Below, in pieces: positions 52,989 through 59,618 of a stretch of DNA of 64,000 bases. Numbering within the stretch: position 1 is the first letter of the stretch; every line of letters begins with the position of its first letter. The position numbers and the translations under genes were made by a program. This DNA is from Candidatus Omnitrophota bacterium (GTDB lineage Bacteria > Omnitrophota > Gorgyraeia > JAFGHF01), in NCBI GenBank assembly GCA_042571705.1, contig JBHPFV010000001.1, forward strand, positions 46,630 through 110,629. The letters run 5' to 3'. A model generated the notes under the pieces. That model was not told the origin of the DNA and searched no databases. It was given only the letters and a program-made list of their open reading frames with translations.

Positions 52989-53003
52989 ACGGACAAGTAA
53001 AAA

Positions 53004-53345
53004 CTATTCTCTGATGCGGAAGCCGTCTTTTTCTAAGATAATCAATTTCTTATCTAAATCTTTCTGGGAGAATTTATTGAACAAGTCTTCTAAGCCGACT
53101 AAGATAGTGGAGATAATCGGTGGGCGGGCTTTGATTCTAATAATGCCGTGGAAATTTTTAGGTGGAAAGGTAAGCAAATTAGCAAAATCTTTGTCTTGGG
53201 TAAGGATAATGCGATTTTGCCGTTTGGCCAGAATAGCGATATCTGTATCTTTAGTTCCTGAAGTAGGCGTGGTAACATCGTGTCCCTTATCCCGCAGGAT
53301 GTCTACTAGTTCATCAGGGATGTTCTCGTCAACCAGTAGCTTCAA
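53004..53345 (-). CDS. DUF5615-family PIN-like putative toxin
   Basis: MKLLVDENIPDELVDILRDKGHDVT..TDIAILAKRQNRIILTQDKDFANL matches the DUF5615 N-terminal pattern. It is convergent with the giant ORF stop, separated by a 15-nt gap. Confidence 0.7.
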   Translation of the reverse strand: MKLLVDENIPDELVDILRDKGHDVTTPTSGTKDTDIAILAKRQNRIILTQDKDFANLLTFPPKNFHGIIRIKARPPIISTILVGLEDLFNKFSQKDLDKKLIILEKDGFRIRE

Positions 53346-53346
53346 C

Positions 53347-53601
53347 TTAAGCCACCTTAGTAAAGGGAACCGACTCTCCGGTCCTCATAAGCTCAGCCGC
53401 ATAATGGAGCGCCGCCTGAATGTGTTTTTTGGTAAGCTTTCGATAATACCTTCTAATTATTTCGTCTTCATCTACTCCGGACTCAAGGAGCTCAAGAACA
53501 AGATAGACCATGATGCGACTTCCTTTAAAACAAGGCTGGCCATGGCAGATTTTAGGGTCAACTGTGATATAATCTTCGATTTTGGTGATTCTCTTCAACA
53601 T
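53347..53601 (-). CDS. DUF433-family putative antitoxin
   Basis: ITVDPKICHGQPCFKGSRIMVYLVLELLESGVDEDEIIRRY..LTKKHIQAALHYA is a typical DUF433 pattern. It lies 1 nt upstream of the DUF5615 gene, with AAGGAG 7 nt before the ATG. Confidence 0.7.
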   Translation of the reverse strand: MLKRITKIEDYITVDPKICHGQPCFKGSRIMVYLVLELLESGVDEDEIIRRYYRKLTKKHIQAALHYAAELMRTGESVPFTKVA

Positions 53602-53654
53602 ATTTTCTCCTTAATTAATTTTTTAGTTCGTTTACGGAATAGCTTCTTTATGAA

Positions 53655-53683
53655 TTTATACCATAATTTTGAGCGTAAGTCAA
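53655..53683 (-). promoter_or_regulatory. Sigma70-type promoter for the DUF433/DUF5615 operon
   Basis: The minus strand reads TTGACT (53683-53678), a 17-nt spacer ending in TGG, then TATAAA (53660-53655). Confidence 0.6.
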
Positions 53684-53770
53684 TCAGGTTTTGTGAAGAG
53701 ATAAGGACAAGTCGGAGCAAGGATGGAATTAGGTTCAACCACCAGCCCGTGGCGCCTGGTTCCTTTTCCC

Positions 53771-53797
53771 GCCTGTTGGGGACCGCCCCCAACAGGC
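53771..53797. other. GC-rich 11-bp stem-loop in the TA/PilZ intergenic region
   Basis: gcctgttgggg (53771-81), loop accgc, ccccaacaggc (53787-97), perfectly complementary. No U-tract on either strand. Confidence 0.6.
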
Positions 53798-53847
53798 TTC
53801 CGGCTTGTCCGCTAACCATGACCTTACATTCAAAGGGGTTGGTTTAA

Positions 53848-54192
53848 ATGGAGGAGAGGAGAGGTTCTCCCAGGTGGAGGATAGAGCGGCCGATTCTGAT
53901 TAAGGCAGAAGAGGAACAGGCCGATTTATCCCAGGCGGTTTTAGAGGACATCAATCTCAACGGAGCCAAAGTCAATTTAGAGGTGCCCCTGGCTGTGCGC
54001 ACCAGACTGAAATTGGTGATTGATGTTGCCGAGGATGCGGCTCCAATCTTTAATGAAGGGGAGGTGATTTGGCAGAAAACTTTGGGCAATCAATTTTCCA
54101 CGGGCATTCGTTTCACCCTGTTTAGGCCCGCCGACAAAGAGCGATTCCTAAGCTGCTTTGACCAGCAGATTAGGCAGAGTTGGTGGCGCTGA
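53848..54192 (+). CDS. PilZ domain protein (1 of 3)
   Basis: ERRGSPRWR (RxxxR) and DINLNGAKV (D/NxSxxG-like), 114 aa. Confidence 0.7.
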   Translation: MEERRGSPRWRIERPILIKAEEEQADLSQAVLEDINLNGAKVNLEVPLAVRTRLKLVIDVAEDAAPIFNEGEVIWQKTLGNQFSTGIRFTLFRPADKERFLSCFDQQIRQSWWR

Positions 54193-54210
54193 AATTAGGG
54201 TTGACGGGAG

Positions 54211-54564
54211 GTGGAGAAGATGTTACAAAGTAATAGTGTAACGGAAGAACGCCGGGCTGATGAGCGTTTGCTGGTCCGCTGCCCGATAAAATTTCGGACA
54301 GAACAAGATGAGGGCTTAAGAGAGGCCTCAGCCAAGGACTTCAGTGACAGAGGAATCGGGTTTTTTACCCATTCCAGGATAGCGCCCAATACGCAACTTG
54401 AGCTGTGGGTTAATCTGCTGCCAGAGGCTAGGCACTTGCACGTCACCGGACGAGTAGTCTGGACCAAGCGCGGCCTGCCACGACTTTGGCGCGCGGGTGT
54501 ACGCCTTGAAGAAAGGGCGTTTACGAAAATAATGAGAATGTTATTAAACAGGAAAGAGAGGTGA
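54211..54564 (+). CDS. PilZ domain protein (2 of 3)
   Basis: EERRADERL and DFSDRGIGFF, 117 aa. Confidence 0.75.
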   Translation: MEKMLQSNSVTEERRADERLLVRCPIKFRTEQDEGLREASAKDFSDRGIGFFTHSRIAPNTQLELWVNLLPEARHLHVTGRVVWTKRGLPRLWRAGVRLEERAFTKIMRMLLNRKER

Positions 54565-54567
54565 AAA

Positions 54568-54897
54568 ATGAAGAAGAAAGATCGCAGAATATTTGAGCGG
54601 TTTGATGTTGACTTTTCGGCCAAGCTTAAGCAGGCTGAGATCAGGAAACAAAGCCCGGCCAATTGTTTCGATGTCAGCGCCACCGGTATTGGGGTACTTA
54701 CTGAGGAGAAACTGATTCCGACTCCGAAACTGGAAGTATCGGTAGATATCCCGGATGGATATACGCCCTTGCGCAGTGGAGTGCGGCTGATTTGGACCAG
54801 GAAGGTCCGGGAGGATAAATGGCGTTCGGGATTGGAGTTTAAAGGTATCAGTTTAATGGCCTTAAGGAGGGTGCTGGATAAGCAAATAAAGAAGTGA
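54568..54897 (+). CDS. PilZ domain protein (3 of 3)
   Basis: KDRRIFERF and DVSATGIGVL, 109 aa. Confidence 0.75.
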   Translation: MKKKDRRIFERFDVDFSAKLKQAEIRKQSPANCFDVSATGIGVLTEEKLIPTPKLEVSVDIPDGYTPLRSGVRLIWTRKVREDKWRSGLEFKGISLMALRRVLDKQIKK

Positions 54898-54903
54898 TCG
54901 CTC

Positions 54904-54933
54904 TTGACAAGAAATAGGGTGTTATGATACCAT
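54904..54933 (+). promoter_or_regulatory. Candidate promoter for the sugar-metabolism operon
   Basis: TTGACA (54904-09), an 18-nt spacer, then TACCAT (54928-33). It lies in the 92-nt gap before the TTG start at 54990. Confidence 0.35.
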
Positions 54934-54989
54934 AAGTCTTTACATTTGAGAGTTTTTTAAGTTCTTAACAAAGATCTAAGGAAGAGACA

Positions 54990-56015
54990 TTGGGATTCAA
55001 AATAGGTCTAGTTGGTTGCGGCAGCATCTTTCCGATGCATGCCCAATCGTTAATTAATACACCTGGCGTAAAAATAGTGGCTGTCTGCGATCTGCGCAAG
55101 TCGCGAGCTCAAAAAGTGGCCCGGAAGTATAATTGCCGTGGTTATTTAGATTATACAAAGATGTTGGAGCAAGAACAGCTTGACGCGGTGCATATTCTGA
55201 CTCCCCATTATTTACACCCGCCAATGGCTATCCAGGCCCTAAATAAAAAGATCAATGTGCTCACTGAGAAGCCGATCGCGATTAATCCCCGCGACGGGGA
55301 AAAAATGATTAAAATCGCCAAGAAAAATAAGGTCAAGCTGGGGGTAATTTCCCAGAACAGATATAATCCCGGCTCACAATTGGTGAAGAAATATCTAGAG
55401 AATAAAAAACTAGGCAAGGTTAAGGCGGTCAAGCTGATTGTTACTTATTATAAGCCTGACTATTATTATAGTAAGAGTGACTGGAAGGGCCGGCTGGATA
55501 AAGAAGGCGGCGGGGTGTTGATTGACCAGGCCAGCCACTTTATCGACATCTTAAGGTGGCTGATTAATGACCGGGTCGAATATGTCGAGGCCCATACCGC
55601 CCGCAGGATGCATAAGAATATTGAAGTCGAGGATTTGGCTGAAGGGTTGATTAAGTTTAAGCGGGGCAGCTACATTTGTTTTTATTTGATAAATTTCTAC
55701 AGTTTTGACGCTTTTCCGGAAATTGAGATCGATTGCCAGAACGGCCGGGTGAAAATCATTAAGGATTCAGCGCGGATCGATTTATATAACGGCCAGAAAC
55801 TAAAGGCCGCGCCAAAACCAGGCGAATATATTGATTATGGGGACAACCACAAGGATTATTGGGGGTTTTGCCACTGGATCCAGATTAAGCAATTTTACCG
55901 GGCGCTGAAAAAAGGCGAGCAGCCGGAGATAGATGGTGGAGAAGGACTGAAGACCCAAAGAATTATCTGGAATATCTATAAATCAGCACGAGAAAACAGG
56001 AGAATCAGGTTGTGA
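54990..56015 (+). CDS. Gfo/Idh/MocA-family NAD(P)-dependent oxidoreductase
   Basis: N-terminal Rossmann IGLVGCGSIF and EKPIA, with typical family length. TTG start with AAGGAAGAG upstream. Confidence 0.8.
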   Translation: MGFKIGLVGCGSIFPMHAQSLINTPGVKIVAVCDLRKSRAQKVARKYNCRGYLDYTKMLEQEQLDAVHILTPHYLHPPMAIQALNKKINVLTEKPIAINPRDGEKMIKIAKKNKVKLGVISQNRYNPGSQLVKKYLENKKLGKVKAVKLIVTYYKPDYYYSKSDWKGRLDKEGGGVLIDQASHFIDILRWLINDRVEYVEAHTARRMHKNIEVEDLAEGLIKFKRGSYICFYLINFYSFDAFPEIEIDCQNGRVKIIKDSARIDLYNGQKLKAAPKPGEYIDYGDNHKDYWGFCHWIQIKQFYRALKKGEQPEIDGGEGLKTQRIIWNIYKSARENRRIRL

Positions 56016-57043
56016 TCAGAGTTGGGATAATTGGTTGTGGGAAGATTACGGAGCGGGCCAGTCTGCCCAATTTGGTAAATTATAAGCGTAAGGCCAAAGT
56101 CGTGGCCCTGTGTGATATTAAGCCGGAGCGGGCCAGGGGCTTAGCCAAACAATTTAAGTTAAAGGATGTGGATATTCTTGAAGACTATAGGGCGTTGGTC
56201 AAGAGAAATGATATCGACGCTGTATTCGTAAATACCCCCAATTACTTACATGAGAGAATGGCTGTGGCCGCGGCCAGAAATAAAAAACATATCCTGGTGG
56301 AGAAACCAATCACCATTTCTTTAAAAGCCGCCGACAACATGATTAAGGCCGCCAAAAAGGCGAAGGTTTCGCTAATGGTCGAGCAGACTCAGAGATTTGA
56401 CCCGGTGCATCAGGCCGCCAAGCGAGTGCTTGATTCCGGTGTATTAGGTAAGATTCATAATATCCGCGGCCGGATCGGCCACGCCGGACCGGAATACTGG
56501 TCGCAGGGAAAAAGCGATTGGTATTATAAGAAGGCTGAATCCGGCGGTGGCTGCATGGTGGATATCGGCGTGCATATCGCTGATTTAGTGCGCTGGTTTA
56601 AGGTCAAGAAGGTGGCGGCGGTGTTTGCCCGGATTCAGACCTTGGAAAAAAAATTTCCAGTCGATGATAACGCTACAGTACTGCTAAAATTTGCCGATGG
56701 GTCCAAGGGCGAATTTGAATGCAGCTGGACTACCCGGCCCTATGAAGTAATGACAAATGTTTATGGCCAGAAAGGAAAATTGATTACCAGTATCGGCACC
56801 AAGCAGCCGGTACGCTTAACACTGGCTACTACCGGTAAGGGCCGTGACCCGAATTGCGTTCGGAAAGAGGAATTTCCTCAGACCGGCCGCGGAGACGGAT
56901 GGGAGAACGCGGTGCATTATTTCATTGATTGCGTGCAGAACAGGCGTAGACCGTTTGTTTCCGGAGAAGAAGGCAAGGAGACTTTGAAAGTAATCCTAGC
57001 CGCTTACGAATCGAACAGAGTCGGAAAGTGGGTGAAAGTTTAA
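56012..57043 (+). CDS. Gfo/Idh/MocA-family oxidoreductase (second)
   Basis: VGIIGCGKIT, VEKPIT and GGGCMVDIGVH. Overlaps the upstream gene by 4 nt. Confidence 0.8.
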   Translation: MIRVGIIGCGKITERASLPNLVNYKRKAKVVALCDIKPERARGLAKQFKLKDVDILEDYRALVKRNDIDAVFVNTPNYLHERMAVAAARNKKHILVEKPITISLKAADNMIKAAKKAKVSLMVEQTQRFDPVHQAAKRVLDSGVLGKIHNIRGRIGHAGPEYWSQGKSDWYYKKAESGGGCMVDIGVHIADLVRWFKVKKVAAVFARIQTLEKKFPVDDNATVLLKFADGSKGEFECSWTTRPYEVMTNVYGQKGKLITSIGTKQPVRLTLATTGKGRDPNCVRKEEFPQTGRGDGWENAVHYFIDCVQNRRRPFVSGEEGKETLKVILAAYESNRVGKWVKV

Positions 57044-57849
57044 TGAAACTGGGGTTATGTAGTTGGTCGGCGCATAAGTCATTAGAGTCGGGAAAGTTAA
57101 ATTTTGAGGGTTTGCTTGAGTTTTGCGCCAAGACACTTAAAGTAGGCGGGATCGATATCATCGCCGATCATTTACCTCAGACAGATAAACAATCTTTAAT
57201 CGATTATAAGAAAATGGCTACCGATTTACAGCTGACTATTGCCTGTTTGTCGCCGGGAAATAATTTCGGCAAAGCTAAGCAGGAAGAGCGCGACCAGGAG
57301 GTCGAGGCAGTCAAGCAATGGATCGAGGCCGCTTATATTTTGGGCGCGCCGGTGTTAAGGATATTTTCCGGATGGCCCGAACCAAATGAAGACAAAGATA
57401 AACTTTGGCCGGCAATGGTAGACTGCATCAAGGCCTGTGAGCCGGAGGCAAAGGCGGCCGGAGTAACTATGGCCATTGAGCCGCATAATGACGGCGGTTT
57501 TTTACCTACGGCCGTGGATACATTAAGATTAATCAAAGAAATCAACTCCGAGTGGGTCAAGATCAACCTAGATACCGGAAATTATCATGATCCGGATAGT
57601 TACCAGGCGATCAAAGATACTATCGGTTACGCCCCGCATGTCCACGCTAAGGTCCACCATATTAGCGATCAGAACCAGGCCCTGGAATTTGATTATGATA
57701 AGATCTTCAGCATTTTGAAACAGGCCGATTATCGGGGTTTCCTTTCTTTGGAATTTGAAGGCCAGGATATGCACCAGCAGGATGAGTTGGCCTCAATTCC
57801 TAAGGCGATGAGCATGTTAAAGGTTTACGCCAGGAAGTATGGACTCTAA
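57043..57849 (+). CDS. Sugar phosphate isomerase/epimerase (xylose isomerase-like TIM barrel)
   Basis: MAIEPHN, INLDTGNY and LSLEFEG blocks. ATG 57043 overlaps the upstream TAA (TAATG). The track start GTG 57028 is also possible. Confidence 0.7.
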   Translation: MKLGLCSWSAHKSLESGKLNFEGLLEFCAKTLKVGGIDIIADHLPQTDKQSLIDYKKMATDLQLTIACLSPGNNFGKAKQEERDQEVEAVKQWIEAAYILGAPVLRIFSGWPEPNEDKDKLWPAMVDCIKACEPEAKAAGVTMAIEPHNDGGFLPTAVDTLRLIKEINSEWVKINLDTGNYHDPDSYQAIKDTIGYAPHVHAKVHHISDQNQALEFDYDKIFSILKQADYRGFLSLEFEGQDMHQQDELASIPKAMSMLKVYARKYGL

Positions 57850-58753
57850 ACCGAATTTTTTCCAGGAAATATTTCGCCAGAGGGTTTCTTACCTGTTTAT
57901 CGCCCCGGCGGTAATCTTGTTTTCGGTGTTTGTGTTAATTCCGGTAGTGACCTCGCTGTTTTTAAGTTTTACCGAATACAATATCCTCAGTGCCCCGCGC
58001 TGGGTGGGTTTGGGTAATTACCGTGAAATCTTCCTGCATGACGCGCGGTTCTGGAAGGCCCTGGGCAATACCGCGATTTATGTAATTGGCGTGGTGCCGA
58101 TTAGCATCGGGATCGCACTGCTTTTGGCTGTAGCCATTGACCAGAAGATCCGGTTTAAGAATTTCTATAAGACGATGTTCTTTATGCCGGTAATTACTTC
58201 GGTAGTGGCTTATTCGGTGATCTGGAAATGGCTTTTCGCCGGAGAGAAATACGGCCTGATTAATCACTGGCTGATAAAAATTGGCCTTCAGCCGATAGAG
58301 TGGTTGATCAGCCCGACCTGGACCTTGCCGGCGATTATAATTATGTCGATCTGGGCCGGCTTGGGCTACAATATGATTTTGCTGCTGGTCGGCCTGCAGA
58401 CTATCCCCAATACCTTTTATGAGGCCGCGGAAGTTGACGGGGCCAATGCCTGGTATAAATTCTGGCGGATTACAGTGCCATTGTTGCGGCCGACTTTGCT
58501 TTTTGTCTCGATTATGTCGGTGATTAATTCGTTCCAGGTCTTTGAGCAGGTGTATATCGTTACCGGCGGGACCGGTGAGGGGGTCGGCGGGGTGTTGGAT
58601 AGCGCTCTGAGCCTGGTGGCCTATCTTTACGAACGGGGTTTTCAGCGGTTTGAGATGGGTTATGCCTCGGCGATTGCCTATATTTTGTTTGGCCTGATTT
58701 TGATCGCGACCTTGCTTAACCTTAAGTTTGGCCGCCCGAGATTCGAATATTGA
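57839..58753 (+). CDS. Carbohydrate ABC transporter permease (MalF/UgpA-like)
   Basis: Six hydrophobic helices plus the EAA loop YEAAEVDGANAWYKFWRITVPLLRP. Confidence 0.85.
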   Translation: MDSKPNFFQEIFRQRVSYLFIAPAVILFSVFVLIPVVTSLFLSFTEYNILSAPRWVGLGNYREIFLHDARFWKALGNTAIYVIGVVPISIGIALLLAVAIDQKIRFKNFYKTMFFMPVITSVVAYSVIWKWLFAGEKYGLINHWLIKIGLQPIEWLISPTWTLPAIIIMSIWAGLGYNMILLLVGLQTIPNTFYEAAEVDGANAWYKFWRITVPLLRPTLLFVSIMSVINSFQVFEQVYIVTGGTGEGVGGVLDSALSLVAYLYERGFQRFEMGYASAIAYILFGLILIATLLNLKFGRPRFEY

Positions 58754-58764
58754 TAAGATGAAAG

Positions 58765-59607
58765 ATGATGAATAACGCGATTGATAAAAAATTAAACAGC
58801 AAGACCATCTTGGTTTATGTATTTCTGACGCTGGGCGTGTTAAGCATGGCCGTGCCCTATGTCTGGATGATCGTGACCTCAATCAAGCCGATCGCGGAAG
58901 TCCAGACTTATCCGCCGTCATTCCTGGTCAAGAATCCTACCTCGGAGCCCTATCGTGAGCTGTTTTCTTTGCTGCCGATGGGCAAGTATTTATTTAACAG
59001 CCTGTTTGTGGCTTTAATAGTTACCGTCTGCAATGTCTTTTTCTGCTCTTTAGCCGGCTATGCCTTTGCCAAACATAAATTCTGGGGCCGGGATAAGATC
59101 TTTATCCTGCTCTTAAGCGCGATCATGATTCCCTACCAGGTCAACCTGATCCCCAGTTTTATCATTATCAGCAAACTAAATTGGCTGAACTCTTTCTACG
59201 CGCTTATAATCCCCAATATGGCCCTGGCCTTTGGGGTGTTTTTGTGCCGGCAGTTTATTTTGGCTATCCCCAATGACCTGCTGGATTCGGCCAAGATCGA
59301 CGGATGCAGTGAATTTGCTATTTACCGGCTGGTTGTTTTGCCGCTGATTAAGCCGGCCCTGGCTACGCTGGCCATCTTTACATTTTTATCACAGTGGAAT
59401 TCATTTGTCTGGCCGTTGATTGTGATTCATAGCAGTAAAATGCGCACCGTGCCCCTGGCCCTATCGGTATTGAACAGCCAATTCGGCGCCAATTTCGCGA
59501 TGGTCATGTCCGGGGCCACAGTAGCCACTCTGCCGGTTTTGATAGTATTTTTGTTCCTGCAAAAATATATCATTCAAGGCATAACCATGACCGGATTGAA
59601 AGGATAG
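58765..59607 (+). CDS. Carbohydrate ABC transporter permease (MalG/UgpE-like)
   Basis: EAA loop LLDSAKIDGCSEFAIYRLVVLPLIKPAL on a multi-TM background. Confidence 0.85.
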   Translation: MMNNAIDKKLNSKTILVYVFLTLGVLSMAVPYVWMIVTSIKPIAEVQTYPPSFLVKNPTSEPYRELFSLLPMGKYLFNSLFVALIVTVCNVFFCSLAGYAFAKHKFWGRDKIFILLLSAIMIPYQVNLIPSFIIISKLNWLNSFYALIIPNMALAFGVFLCRQFILAIPNDLLDSAKIDGCSEFAIYRLVVLPLIKPALATLAIFTFLSQWNSFVWPLIVIHSSKMRTVPLALSVLNSQFGANFAMVMSGATVATLPVLIVFLFLQKYIIQGITMTGLKG

Positions 59608-59618
59608 TAGGTAGATTG

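Noticed and set aside
283-52000. Dozens of 60-190-aa ORFs in other frames or on the other strand within the giant ORF (for example 5786..6367, 21149..21634, 39522..40043, 48878..49396, 39169..39588)
   Set aside because: They have low-complexity or antisense-type composition and no family motifs, promoters or SD sequences. Only hicA, relE, the antitoxin and the two coiled-coil ORFs passed these checks.
84-52988. Stop-codon reassignment (alternative genetic code) as an explanation for the giant open frame
   Set aside because: The track is standard-code and the frame simply contains no TAA/TAG/TGA. The flanking and nested genes terminate normally on TAA, TAG and TGA (for example TGA at 38450-52, TAA at 39307-09, TAA at 57041-43), so all three stops appear to be in use.
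84-52988. NRPS/PKS megasynthase, RTX/Ig-repeat adhesin or intein-containing polyprotein
   Set aside because: I saw no condensation, adenylation, KS, AT or carrier-protein motifs, no Ig/cadherin/RTX nonapeptide repeats, and no intein blocks (Cys/Ser ... His-Asn-Cys/Ser/Thr) at junctions.
52981-53847. 288-aa + strand ORF from the track, considered as an independent protein-coding gene
   Set aside because: It is wholly antisense to a convincing DUF5615/DUF433 TA pair and its promoter, and has low-complexity Ser/Arg/Phe-rich content and no recognisable motif. I kept it only as a finding, as a frame-shifted continuation of the giant frame.
54195-54683. 162-aa minus-strand ORF
   Set aside because: It is antisense to two well-supported PilZ genes, is Ser/Arg-rich, and has no motifs or start signals.
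57962-58882. 306-aa minus-strand ORF
   Set aside because: It is antisense to the MalF-like ABC permease gene. Its Arg/Pro/Gln-rich composition is typical of an antisense read of a membrane protein gene.
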